Source: Candidatus Multivoradales bacterium
GTDB taxonomy: Bacteria > Acidobacteriota > Thermoanaerobaculia > Multivoradales > JAHEKO01
Direction of reading: 5' to 3'
Assembly: GCA_965223155.1 (NCBI GenBank)
Contig: CBDCVR010000013.1
Coordinates: 1,178,761-1,242,760, forward strand
DNA length: 64,000 nt
Shown: positions 28,538 to 38,339 of the stretch, one piece after another
How positions within the stretch are numbered: position 1 is the first letter of the stretch
Layout: each line of letters opens with the position of its first letter
Made by a program: the position numbers and the translations under genes
Notes under the pieces: model-generated
The model's input: only the letters and a program-made list of their open reading frames with translations
The model's database searches: none
Told to the model about the DNA's origin: nothing

Positions 28538-29930
28538 GCCCGAAGTCACGTTCTCAGGAGCGGCCGGAACCGTCACCGGAAGCTGCACCGTCCTGCGTTG
28601 GGGCGATACGACCGCGTTGGTGGATTGCGGACTGTATCAAGGCGACGACGAGCTCGAGCAGCGCAACTGGCGTGACTTCTCGTTCCGGCCGGCCAAGCTC
28701 CGCGCGGTTCTGGTGACCCACGCCCATCTGGACCATACGGGGCTGTTGCCCCGGCTGGTGGCCGAGGGCTTCGAGGGTCCGATCTACTGCACCAAGGCGA
28801 GCCGCGGCTTGGTTTCGCTGATCCTCCAGGATGCCGGCCACATCCAGGAGGAGCAAGCCCGGTACGCGCGCAAGAAAGGCTACAGCCGCCACCGCGAGCC
28901 CAAGCCGCTCTACACGGCAGCCGATTCCCGAGCGACGCTGAAGCAGCTCCGGCCCGTACCCTTCGATCACGACCTGGAGATCGCGCCCGGGATCCGCTTT
29001 CGCTATCTGCGCGCCGGCCACCTTCTGGGAGCGGGGTCCATCTTGATCCGCGCCAAGGACGCCAAGGGCAAGCGCCGGACCTGGTGCTTCTCGGGGGACG
29101 TGGGCCGGTACGGCGTGCCGATCCTGCGCGATCCCGAGACGCCGGAGGAGACTCCCGACGCGCTGGTGCTGGAATCCACCTACGGCAATCGCGGCCACTC
29201 CAACAACGATCCCGAGGGGGAGTTCCGCGACACGATCCGAAACACGTTCGCCAGGGGCGGCAAGGTCGTCATCCCGGCCTTCGCCCTGGGCCGGACCCAG
29301 GAGGTCCTGCACCATCTGGCGGCGCTCGCCGACGACGGCGACCTGGATCCCGACGACGTCTTCCTGGACAGCCCGATGGCGATCAAAGCCACCGACATCT
29401 ACCGCCGCTCGGAACAGGAGCACGATGAAGAGCTGGCCGAGCTGGTGGAACGCGAGCTGAGCGGCCTCAACCCCGACCGCTTCAATCGCTGCCGAAGCGT
29501 CGAACAATCCAAGGCGCTCAACCACCGCAAGCGGCCGGCGGTCATCGTCGCCGCCAGCGGCATGGCCAACGGCGGGCGCGTCGTGCACCATCTGAAGCGC
29601 CTCTTGCCGGATGAACGAACGGCCGTCGTCTTTGTCGGCTACCAGGCGGGTGGCACCCGCGGCCGCGCGCTTCTGGACGGGGCGCGCACGGTCGCCATCC
29701 ACGGCGAGCCGATTCCGGTCCACGCCGAGATCCTCTCGATCCAGGGGCTCTCGGCCCACGCCGACGCCGGCGAGCTCCTGCGCTGGTGCGACGCGATGCC
29801 CGGCAGACCCGAGCGGGTCTTTCTGAACCACGGTGAGGACGCCGCCCGCAAGGCGCTGGCGGCCGAGCTCGTACGCCAAGGCCTGCCCCGACCGGAACGG
29901 CCCTGGCCCGGCGATACCTTTCGCTGGTAG
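28536..29930 (+). CDS. MBL-fold beta-CASP ribonuclease
   Basis: GAAGTVTGS, DCGLYQG, THAHLDH, AGHLLG, ESTYG, SAHAD, HGE. Confidence 0.93.
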   Translation: MPEVTFSGAAGTVTGSCTVLRWGDTTALVDCGLYQGDDELEQRNWRDFSFRPAKLRAVLVTHAHLDHTGLLPRLVAEGFEGPIYCTKASRGLVSLILQDAGHIQEEQARYARKKGYSRHREPKPLYTAADSRATLKQLRPVPFDHDLEIAPGIRFRYLRAGHLLGAGSILIRAKDAKGKRRTWCFSGDVGRYGVPILRDPETPEETPDALVLESTYGNRGHSNNDPEGEFRDTIRNTFARGGKVVIPAFALGRTQEVLHHLAALADDGDLDPDDVFLDSPMAIKATDIYRRSEQEHDEELAELVERELSGLNPDRFNRCRSVEQSKALNHRKRPAVIVAASGMANGGRVVHHLKRLLPDERTAVVFVGYQAGGTRGRALLDGARTVAIHGEPIPVHAEILSIQGLSAHADAGELLRWCDAMPGRPERVFLNHGEDAARKALAAELVRQGLPRPERPWPGDTFRW

Positions 29931-30063
29931 TCCGCCCAAGGAGGCCGAGCAGCGACGCCACGCGCCGGCCTGGAGTCCCCGTCCGGCGTCCAGGAGAGAC
30001 ACCGGCGACCGGCGCTCGGGGCTGGCGGAAACCCCGCCATCCGAGCTAAACTCTGCCGCCCGT

Positions 30064-30139
30064 GGGGCAGTAGCTCAGCTGGGAGAGCACCACGTTCGCA
30101 ACGTGGGGGTCGAGGGTTCAAGTCCCTTCTGCTCCACCA
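30064..30139 (+). tRNA. tRNA-Ala(CGC)
   Basis: GGGGCAGTAGCTCAGCTGGGAGAGCACCACGTTCGCAACGTGGGGGTCGAGGGTTCAAGTCCCTTCTGCTCCACCA: anticodon CGC, G3:U70 alanine identity pair, CCA. Confidence 0.97.
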
Positions 30140-30250
30140 TCGTCTCCCTGGCCATCCCGGGTCGCTTCCGGACCGACCCGCCGATGCCAGCGGCCACCCG
30201 CGACGGAGCGCCTCGCCCCGGCCCGCGATTTGCTTATACTCGTACCTGGA

Positions 30251-30640
30251 ATGAGGCGACGGTTCCGGCCAGCAGTCTTGCGGATCGTGGCCCTCGGGTC
30301 GCTAGCGGCGGCCCTGGGCTCGGTCTTCGACCTTCACCTGGCCGCCGAGGACGGCGCCGGTCACGGGTTCTATGCCGGTCAACCCGTCGTCGAAGCCGTT
30401 GCGGCCGAAGCCAAGCCTTGCTCGCCCGACGAGCGGCGGCACCTCGAGCCCGCCGAAACCGGCCTGACCCGGCCCTGTCCTCTGTGCTTGCGCAAGCTCC
30501 GGGACAGGGCACTGGCGGCACGCGCCACCTCGCGCATCGCCGCGAGAGCCGGCTCCGGTAGCTCGGCTCCGGACCGAACCCCCGTCCCGGCGGTTCGCCT
30601 CTGGTCTCCGCGCACCCTCCGCGGTCCCCCGATCGCCTAA
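30251..30640 (+). CDS. DUF2946-like leader protein (N-terminal hydrophobic segment, CxxC, C-terminal RGPP)
   Basis: MRRRFRPAVLRIVALGSLAAALG..HL...H...CPLC...RTLRGPPIA directly upstream of a TonB receptor. Confidence 0.75.
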   Translation: MRRRFRPAVLRIVALGSLAAALGSVFDLHLAAEDGAGHGFYAGQPVVEAVAAEAKPCSPDERRHLEPAETGLTRPCPLCLRKLRDRALAARATSRIAARAGSGSSAPDRTPVPAVRLWSPRTLRGPPIA

Positions 30641-30768
30641 TCCGCGAGATTCCGTCGGCGGCGCAACGGCGCCGTCCACCCACGGTCCGGGCTTCACGCA
30701 ATGGCGCGAGCCGGCGTCAAAGCCCTGGTTGAACAGCTCATGGATTCAGTCGACTAGGAGACTCTACA

Positions 30769-33111
30769 ATGCAAGCCCATCTAGCATCGCGCGTCGCCCT
30801 CACGGCGGCGCTAGTCTGCTTCGCCTTTCTTTCATCCGCTTTCGGCGCCACCGAGACCGGCACCATCCGAGGTACGGTCACCCTGGCCGACGGCACCCCG
30901 GTCGCCGACGCCGACGTCGAGATCCTCGACCTGCACCGCCGGGTTCGCGTTGGGGCCGACGGCACCTTCTTGTTCGGTGAGGTACCCACCGGCCGCTACG
31001 TACTGGTGGTCGACAGCCTGGTCCACGGCAACGCCGTACGCGAGGTCACGGTGACCGCCGGCACCGAAATCGTGCTCGAGCTCGGAACCGAGCTGAGCGT
31101 GCACACCGACACGATCGTCGTTAGCGCCGCGCCCAGCGCCCAGCGCCGGTTCGCCACCGGCTCGGCCGCCGACGTGGTCGCGGGTGACGAGCTGGCGCTC
31201 CGCTCCGAACCCACCCTCGGCGCCACGCTCGCCAACCAGCCCGGTGTCAACCAAACCGGCTTCGGGGCCGGCTCCAGCCGGCCAATCGTACGAGGTCTCG
31301 GTGGCGACCGCGTGCGCATGCTCGAAGACGGCGTCGGCACCGGCGACATCTCGGAGGTGAGCCCGGACCACGCCGTGACCACCGAAACCCTGACCGCCGA
31401 TCGAGTGGAGATCCTGCGGGGACCGGCAACCCTCCTCTACGGCTCGAACGCCATCGGCGGCGTCGTCAACATTCTGGACGAATCGATTCCCAGCCATCTG
31501 CCTCACGCCGCTCTCACCGGAACGGTGGACCTGCGTCTGGCCTCGGGTACCGAGGAGCGCAGCGGAGCCGCGGTTCTGCGCGGACGCCGTGAGCGCTGGG
31601 CTTGGACCGCCAGCGGTCTGGTCCGCGACACCGGCGACTACGAGATTCCCGGGTCCCCGCACGGCGCTTCGGCCGAGAGCGAGGAGGAACCGGCCGGGCA
31701 CGAAGACGAACATGGCCCGGAGCCCGAGGGCTTCCTGCCCAACAGCGATACCGACACCGAACAGCTCTCGCTCGGCGCCTCGTATTTCTTCGGCGGCAAG
31801 CAGGAAGCCGGCCACGAAACCGGCTTCGTCGGCGTGTCGGTCAGCGGTTTCGAGACCGGCTATGGCATTCCGGAAGGAGCCCACCAACACGACGAACACG
31901 ACGAACACGGGGCCGAGGGCGAGGCCGAGGAAGAAGACGGGGGCATCCGGATCCAGCTCGAGCGGCACCGATACGATCTCAAGGGCTCAATCGCCAAGCC
32001 GTTCGGCCCCTTCGACGGTCTCAAAGTCCGTCTCGGCCTCACCGACTACGAGCATGACGAGATCGAAGGCAACGGCGAGATCGGCACCCACTTCGAGAAC
32101 GACGCCTGGGAGGGCCGCATCGAGCTTCAGCAGAAGGAGCGCGGCCGCCTATCGGGAGCCTTCGGTCTCCAGGGCGGCTCGCGCGATTTCCTGGCCGTCG
32201 GCGAGGAGGCCTTCGTGCCGCCCAGCAAGACCGACAGCTTGGATCTCTTCGCCTACGAGGAGCTGGACTTCGAGCCGTTTCGCCTCCAGCTAGGCGCCCG
32301 CTGGGGTACCCGAGACATCGCCGTGGCGGATGCCTCACTGCCCGATCGGAGCTTTGACGGACTCAGCGGCTCCGTCGGCCTGGTCTGGACGGCGGGTACC
32401 CGTGCCGTCGGGCTCTCGCTCGCGCGCTCGGTCAAGTTTCCGGCGCCCGAGGAGCTCTACCCTTTCGGCCCCCACGCGGCGACGCGCACCTTCGAGCTGG
32501 GCAACGCCCGACTCGGCGTCGAAACCAGCCTGGGACTCGATGCGTTCGTGCGCCACGAGTCGGAGCGGCTCCGCGGCGAGCTGACGGTCTTCCTGAACGA
32601 CCTTGACGACTACATCTTCCCTGCTTTCACCGGCGAGGAGAGGGAAGGCTTTCAGGTCGTCGAGTACCGCCAGCAGGACGCCGAGTTCTTCGGCGCCGAA
32701 CTGGACGTCAGCGTCGAGGCCTACGAATCGGACCGCCTGCACCTGGACCTGCGTCTGCAAGGCGACTTCGTGGACGCCGAGCTCGCCGACGGCTCGAACG
32801 TTCCGCGTATCCCGCCTCTGCGCCTGGGAACCGGGTTCGACCTGAGGACCGGACCCTGGACCGCCCGCGCCGAGGTGCGCTGGTCGGACGGTCAAGATGC
32901 GACCGCCGAGAACGAAACCTCGACGCCGGGATCCACCGTCGTCAACGCCGCCGCGGGCTACCGCGTCGTCGGCTCGCGCACGGTCTGGGACGTGCTCCTC
33001 CGGGGCACCAACCTGACCGACGAGGAGGTGCGCCTGCACACGTCCTACTTGAAGGATCTGGCTCCCCTGCCCGGCAGGAACCTCACTCTGAGCCTGCGCC
33101 TGTCCTTCTGA
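30769..33111 (+). CDS. TonB-dependent receptor, ZnuD-like metal uptake
   Basis: Signal peptide; plug SRPIVRGL.GDRV..SPDHAV; LRGPATLLYG; His/acidic loops; ends PGRNLTLSLRLSF. Confidence 0.9.
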   Translation: MQAHLASRVALTAALVCFAFLSSAFGATETGTIRGTVTLADGTPVADADVEILDLHRRVRVGADGTFLFGEVPTGRYVLVVDSLVHGNAVREVTVTAGTEIVLELGTELSVHTDTIVVSAAPSAQRRFATGSAADVVAGDELALRSEPTLGATLANQPGVNQTGFGAGSSRPIVRGLGGDRVRMLEDGVGTGDISEVSPDHAVTTETLTADRVEILRGPATLLYGSNAIGGVVNILDESIPSHLPHAALTGTVDLRLASGTEERSGAAVLRGRRERWAWTASGLVRDTGDYEIPGSPHGASAESEEEPAGHEDEHGPEPEGFLPNSDTDTEQLSLGASYFFGGKQEAGHETGFVGVSVSGFETGYGIPEGAHQHDEHDEHGAEGEAEEEDGGIRIQLERHRYDLKGSIAKPFGPFDGLKVRLGLTDYEHDEIEGNGEIGTHFENDAWEGRIELQQKERGRLSGAFGLQGGSRDFLAVGEEAFVPPSKTDSLDLFAYEELDFEPFRLQLGARWGTRDIAVADASLPDRSFDGLSGSVGLVWTAGTRAVGLSLARSVKFPAPEELYPFGPHAATRTFELGNARLGVETSLGLDAFVRHESERLRGELTVFLNDLDDYIFPAFTGEEREGFQVVEYRQQDAEFFGAELDVSVEAYESDRLHLDLRLQGDFVDAELADGSNVPRIPPLRLGTGFDLRTGPWTARAEVRWSDGQDATAENETSTPGSTVVNAAAGYRVVGSRTVWDVLLRGTNLTDEEVRLHTSYLKDLAPLPGRNLTLSLRLSF

Positions 33112-34237
33112 GCGCCACCCGTTCGAGCTCGCGATCCAAGGCCGCGGCGCGCTTCCTCCAGGCGAAGCGCGCCGTGCGTCTGCGGGCCTCGTCGGTGTGA
33201 GCGAGCTCCAACCGGGTCTCGGACTCGGGCGACTTCGCTCGGCCGAGCTCGACCAGGCGCTCGGCGAGGGCGGCCGCCCCTCCTCGGTAGAAGAACTTGT
33301 CAACCGGCGACGAATCGCCGGCCTCCGCGCCGAGAAGCTCCGGATAGGACAGGCGGCGCGGCAGCAGCGGCCAGGCGCCGGCCGCGATCGCCTCCAGGAC
33401 CGACAGGCCGAAGAACTCGTGCCGGGCCGTGGACACGAAGACATCGGTCTCGGCCAGCACTCGCTCGTAGTCGGCCCGGGGCTGGTAGCCCCAGGCGTCG
33501 ATCCGGGAGTCCAGCTCGTCCCGCGCCGCCGCGAAGACGGGAGGCACCCGGGTGAAGCTCTCGCCAAGTACGTTCAAGCGCAGGTCGGTTCCGGCGGCGA
33601 GCGCCCGCCGCACGGCCTCGAACAACGTCTCGGGGTCCTTGTCGAACTCCCAGCGGGCGGCCCAAGTGACCGTCAAAGGACCTGCTTGCGCCGAGGAAGT
33701 AGCACGCTCCCGCCCGAGCGGCCACGCCACCCCGGGGGAATGGACCTCGGCCTTGGCCCGAACCTCCTCGACCGCCGCCAGCGGCCGGTGATCGGGCATC
33801 AGCTCCAGAAATCCCGGCAACGCCTCCAGGAAGGCGTCGCGGTGAAACGCCGAGTTGAACCAGACCGCGTCGGCCGCCAGGGCGGTGGTCAGGTTGGTGA
33901 GCCCGAATTGGTAGTCCCGCGCCGTGGCGTGCCGAACCGGGTAGGTGATCTGGTTCTCGTGGAAGTAGGCCACCCGCGGAAGCTCTCGCACCGGCGGCGG
34001 CGCCAGGCCCACGAACTCGGCCAGATTCAGCATGTCCGAGCACCAGACCACGTCCCAGGCGCCGGCGCTTTCGGCCAGCCGGCCAGCGAACTCGATCGCC
34101 CCGTGCCGCATGCGCCACTTCCACTTGAACGGCTCGAGGGTGAACAGCGTCCACCGGTGCCGGCTGCGGTCGATCCAACCGTCCAGAAAGGCCTGATGGC
34201 TGCCGCCATAGTACGGCTCGAGGGCGAGAACTCGCAT
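33083..34237 (-). CDS. DUF3524 plus GT-B glycosyltransferase (GTDC1/QTMAN-like)
   Basis: LEPYYGGSH, WKWRMR, YFHENQ.TYP, FNS.FH, RWEFDKDP, STARHEFFG, RLSYPE. Confidence 0.85.
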   Translation of the reverse strand: MRVLALEPYYGGSHQAFLDGWIDRSRHRWTLFTLEPFKWKWRMRHGAIEFAGRLAESAGAWDVVWCSDMLNLAEFVGLAPPPVRELPRVAYFHENQITYPVRHATARDYQFGLTNLTTALAADAVWFNSAFHRDAFLEALPGFLELMPDHRPLAAVEEVRAKAEVHSPGVAWPLGRERATSSAQAGPLTVTWAARWEFDKDPETLFEAVRRALAAGTDLRLNVLGESFTRVPPVFAAARDELDSRIDAWGYQPRADYERVLAETDVFVSTARHEFFGLSVLEAIAAGAWPLLPRRLSYPELLGAEAGDSSPVDKFFYRGGAAALAERLVELGRAKSPESETRLELAHTDEARRRTARFAWRKRAAALDRELERVALRRTGAGSE

Positions 34238-34303
34238 CGGGTTCCGGAGCCTATCGCTTGCGCCCGAGGGCTCGCTTCCTTAGCCTAGGACCGAGCGCAC
34301 GCC

Positions 34304-35728
34304 GTGGATGTCCCGACCGCAAACTATGCCTTGCCCTTGCTGCTCGCGGGAGCGGCGCTCGCCGGCGTTGCCGTCGGCTGGTGGCTGGGGCGGCGCTCCG
34401 GAGCCTCGGTCGAGAGCACCCGCAGGCTGGCCGCGGCCGAAGTGGTCGCCGAGCGCGAGGCCGAGCGCCGGCGCGAGCTGGAGGCCGAGGTCGAGGAGCA
34501 GGAATCCGCCTTGCGTGACCTGGACCGGCGTCTGGCGGTGGCTCAAGAGCGAAGCGCCTCTCTGGAAGAGGCTCGGCGCGACATCGAGACCACGTTCGAG
34601 GCCCTGGCGCACCGGGCGCTCAAGGGCAACGCCGAACAGTTCCTGGCCCTGGCGCACGAGTCCCTGCGCGTCCATCAGAGCGAGTCCGACCGGACGGCGG
34701 ACGCTCGCGAACGGGCCATTGCCGAGCTGGTCCGCCCACTCGGCGAGCAGCTCGCCAAGCTGGACCACCGCACCGCCGATCTGGAGCGCGCCCGCACCGA
34801 GGCCTACTCGCGCCTGGGAGAGCAGGTCCGGCACCTGGCCCGGTTGACCGAGGGTCTGCGCGGCGATACCACCTCGCTGGCTTCGGCACTCAAGGGCTCC
34901 GAGACGCGCGGGCGCTGGGGCGAGATCGCCCTGCGCAACGTGGTCGAGCTGGCGGGCATGACCCGGCACTGCGATTACGTCGAGCAGACCACCACCGACG
35001 ACGGCGGCCGGCCCGACATGATCGTCCATCTTCCCGGCGGACGCCACATCGCGGTCGACGCCAAGACTCCGCTCAGCGCCTATCTCGAGGCCCAAGACGC
35101 CCCCGACTCGCGCGCGCGGCGCAAAGCCTACCGGCGGCACGCGCGCTCGGTGCGCGACCACGTCAAGAAGCTGAGCGCCCGGGAGTACGCCAAAGCCATC
35201 CCGGGCGACGTGGATCTCGTCGTTCTCTTTCTGCCCGGCGATCCCTTTCTGAGCGCCGCCTTCGAGCACGACCCGGACTTGCAGGTGGACGCGCTACGGC
35301 GCAAGGTGCTGGTGGCTACGCCCACCACGCTGGTCGCCCTCCTGCGCACGGTTGCCATCTACTGGCAGCAGAGCGCCATGGTCGAGAACGCCGAGGCTAT
35401 CGCCTCGACAGCGCGCGAGCTCTACGAGCGAACGGCGAAATTCGGCGAGGACCTGGCCCAGATGGGCAAGGGGCTGGCCGGCGCCCTCGACGCCTACAAT
35501 CGAGCGGTGGGCTCCTTCGACCGGCGTCTGACGCCGATGGGTCGGAAGCTCGAGGACTCGGGGCTGGCCGGAGACCAGACCCGCCGTCGCCTGAGCGCTC
35601 CGGCGGCGATCGAGGATCCGGTCCGGCAATCGACCCACGGCCAGCCCGAAGCGACCGCCGAGGCCGGCGACGCGGACGAGATCGAGGACAGCGGTCCGCG
35701 GCGCTTGCCGTTCGACATCGGCTCTTAG
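34304..35728 (+). CDS. rmuC: DNA recombination protein RmuC
   Basis: N-terminal TM and coiled coil; RGRWGE..L, RPD..V.LPG, VDAKTPL, LFLPG, ATPTTL. Confidence 0.93.
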   Translation: MDVPTANYALPLLLAGAALAGVAVGWWLGRRSGASVESTRRLAAAEVVAEREAERRRELEAEVEEQESALRDLDRRLAVAQERSASLEEARRDIETTFEALAHRALKGNAEQFLALAHESLRVHQSESDRTADARERAIAELVRPLGEQLAKLDHRTADLERARTEAYSRLGEQVRHLARLTEGLRGDTTSLASALKGSETRGRWGEIALRNVVELAGMTRHCDYVEQTTTDDGGRPDMIVHLPGGRHIAVDAKTPLSAYLEAQDAPDSRARRKAYRRHARSVRDHVKKLSAREYAKAIPGDVDLVVLFLPGDPFLSAAFEHDPDLQVDALRRKVLVATPTTLVALLRTVAIYWQQSAMVENAEAIASTARELYERTAKFGEDLAQMGKGLAGALDAYNRAVGSFDRRLTPMGRKLEDSGLAGDQTRRRLSAPAAIEDPVRQSTHGQPEATAEAGDADEIEDSGPRRLPFDIGS

Positions 35729-35803
35729 ACGAGCCCCGCGCGCGGCCTGGCCGCGAGCCGCTCCCGGCCAGCACCGGCGAAAAACGACGGCCAGCCCGGA
35801 CGG

Positions 35804-36523
35804 CTAATCCGGCTCGGTGACCATCGGCACGAAGCGCACCGCGGCGACCCGGCGCTTACGCACGCCGTCCTCGGTCTTCTGGATCACCATGAGGTCCTGG
35901 AAGTACTGTCCCACCGGCACGACGAGTCGGCCTCCCACCTTGAGCTGCTCGACCAGCTTCTCGGGAATGCGCGGCGGCGCCGCGGTGACCACGATGGCGT
36001 CGAAGGGCGCCTCCTCGGGCCAGCCGTCGTAGCCGTTGCCGGTGCGTACCTCGACGTTCTTGTAGCGCAGCGAGTCCAAGGTCTTCTTGGCTCTCTTGGC
36101 CAGCTCGGACCGGATCTCGATGGTGTAGACCTCGCCGGCCACCTTGGACAGAATCGCCGCTTGATAGCCCGAGCCGGTACCGATCTCGAGCACCTTCTCA
36201 TCACCCTCGAGCCGCAACAGCGACGTCATCAAGGCCACGACGTAGGGCTGCGAGATGGTCTGGCCGGAGCCGATCTGCTGCGGATAGTCCCGGTACGCCA
36301 TGTCGCGCAGACTCTCGGGCACGAAGAGATGCCTGGGCACGCTGGCCATGGCGTCGAGCACGCTGCGCTCGTCGACGCCCCGCGCCCGAATCTGCTCGTC
36401 CACCATGCGCTGGCGTTCCATCACGAACGAATCGAACCCTTCCGAGCCGGACTGGGCGAGCGCCGCTGCGGCCGCCAGGCCAGCGATCATCGCCCAAGCC
36501 GGAATCCACCGAAGAGACCTCAT
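35804..36523 (-). CDS. pcm: Protein-L-isoaspartate O-methyltransferase with an N-terminal signal-like peptide
   Basis: VPRHLFVP, QTISQPY.VA.M, VLEIGTGSGYQAA, GWPEEAPFDAIVVTAA, VRFVPM; ATG overlaps the upstream stop. Confidence 0.93.
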   Translation of the reverse strand: MRSLRWIPAWAMIAGLAAAAALAQSGSEGFDSFVMERQRMVDEQIRARGVDERSVLDAMASVPRHLFVPESLRDMAYRDYPQQIGSGQTISQPYVVALMTSLLRLEGDEKVLEIGTGSGYQAAILSKVAGEVYTIEIRSELAKRAKKTLDSLRYKNVEVRTGNGYDGWPEEAPFDAIVVTAAPPRIPEKLVEQLKVGGRLVVPVGQYFQDLMVIQKTEDGVRKRRVAAVRFVPMVTEPD

Positions 36524-38226
36524 TCCGTGCCTCCGCGCTCGAAGGCTACCGCGCCTCCGACCAGGGTCAGATCGACCCGGGTCTCCAGGAGCTCGGACAC
36601 CGGCACGGTCATCGGATCCCGGTCGAAGACCACGAGATCGGCGCGCTTGCCGACTTCGAGGCTGCCCAGCTCGTCGTCCAGGAAGAGCGAATAGGCCGCG
36701 TCCAGCGTGAAGCCGCGCAGGGCTTCGGCCCGATCGAGGCGCTCGTCCGGGTACCAGCCGCCCTCGGGCTGGCCGGCCGCATCCTGACGGGTGAGCGCGG
36801 CGTAGAAGCCGAGCAGCGGATCGGCCTTTTCCACCGGAAAGTCGCTGCCCAGGGCAAGCCGGCCGCCGGCTTCCAGGACCTGGCGCCAAGCGTACGCCCC
36901 GCGGATGCGTTCCGGTCCCACTCGGGCCTCGGCCCAGGGCATGTCCGAGGTGGCATGCGTCGGCTGCATCGAGGCGATCACCCCAAGACCGGTCATGCGC
37001 GCGATATCCGCCCGGCGTAGCACCTGAGCGTGCTCCACCCGGAACCTGACCTCGGGCCGCGGCTCGCCGAAGCAAGCCTCGAAGCCATCCAGCGCCATCA
37101 GGCCTCCCCGATCGCCGATGGCGTGAATGCCAATCTGGAACCCGGTGTCGAGCGCCCGCCGGCAGACCTCGGTGACGTGGCCGGTGCCGGTCTGGAGCAG
37201 CCCCAGGTTGCCCGGATCGTCGCTGTACGGCTCGATCAGGGCGGCGCCCCGGCTTCCCAGCGCGCCGTCGCCGTACATCTTGATTCCCCGGACCAGCAGC
37301 CGGTCGTCCGGGTCGAGTAGCGGCCCGCGCTCGAACCAAGCCTCCAGCAGCTCGGCCTGATCGGACAGGAAGACGGCCACTCGCAGCGGGAGACCGTCCT
37401 CCCGGCGGAGCCGCTCGTAGGCGGCCACCTCGTCCGCGCCGATGCCCATCTCGGTCACGGTGGTGAGTCCCAGCGCCAGACAGTGCTCGGCGCCCCGGAC
37501 GATCCGCTCCCGGATGGTCCGGGGATCGTCTCCGGGCAGGGCTCGCGCCGCCACGTCCATGGCGGCGTCGATCAGGACCCCGGTAAGGGCTCCGTCGGCG
37601 TCGCGCACGAAGCGGCCGCCGGGCGGATCCTGAACGTCTCTCGAAACCGCGAGCGCGGCCAGGGCGGCGCGGTTGAGCAGCGCCGCGTGACCGTCGATTC
37701 GGGTCAGCCAGACCGGGTGGTCCGGGACCCCGGCGCTCAGCTCGGCCTCGGTCGGGAAGCTCTGCTCGGCCCAGTCGTTCTGATCCCATCCACGGCCCGC
37801 GATCCAGGTCCCAGCGGGAGTTTCTTCGGCTCTCCTCGCGACCCGCTCGACCACTTCGCCATACGACCGCGTCCCGACCAGATCCACGATCTCCAAGGCG
37901 CGCCCGAGCGAGGCGAGATGGGAATGGGCGTCGATCCAGCCTGGGGTGACCGCCCGGCCACCCAGATCCAGTACCCGCGCGCCGTCGCCGGCCCGACTCC
38001 GGGCTTCGGCATCCGGTCCCAGATAGGCAATCCTGCCGTCCCGGACCACCATCGAGCCCTCGACCACGCCCGCGCCGGCCACGGTATGGAAGCGCCCGTT
38101 GCGCACCAGCAGAGCGTCCGCGTCCTCGGCGTGGGACGCAACCGCCACAAGCAGGACACTCAAAACCAGCAGCACTGCTGCCGGGGCTCCGAAAGGTCTT
38201 GAGTTTCGTGGGGGTTGCGCGTTCAT
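36520..38226 (-). CDS. Amidohydrolase 3 family (YtcJ-like), secreted
   Basis: PGWIDAHSH, DGALGSRGA, HAIGD, EHAQ, SMQPTH, GSDFPVE, GSLEVGKRAD. Confidence 0.92.
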   Translation of the reverse strand: MNAQPPRNSRPFGAPAAVLLVLSVLLVAVASHAEDADALLVRNGRFHTVAGAGVVEGSMVVRDGRIAYLGPDAEARSRAGDGARVLDLGGRAVTPGWIDAHSHLASLGRALEIVDLVGTRSYGEVVERVARRAEETPAGTWIAGRGWDQNDWAEQSFPTEAELSAGVPDHPVWLTRIDGHAALLNRAALAALAVSRDVQDPPGGRFVRDADGALTGVLIDAAMDVAARALPGDDPRTIRERIVRGAEHCLALGLTTVTEMGIGADEVAAYERLRREDGLPLRVAVFLSDQAELLEAWFERGPLLDPDDRLLVRGIKMYGDGALGSRGAALIEPYSDDPGNLGLLQTGTGHVTEVCRRALDTGFQIGIHAIGDRGGLMALDGFEACFGEPRPEVRFRVEHAQVLRRADIARMTGLGVIASMQPTHATSDMPWAEARVGPERIRGAYAWRQVLEAGGRLALGSDFPVEKADPLLGFYAALTRQDAAGQPEGGWYPDERLDRAEALRGFTLDAAYSLFLDDELGSLEVGKRADLVVFDRDPMTVPVSELLETRVDLTLVGGAVAFERGGTE

Positions 38227-38339
38227 GGACCTGCTGCCGTCCTGGGCCTGCCTAGGGTGCAAGCCGGGGGCCAAGTATAAGCCGCTCGGAGCGCCGAGAC
38301 CCGCTCGACGCGGGGCTGGGATATCCTCGCCCCGCCTCG

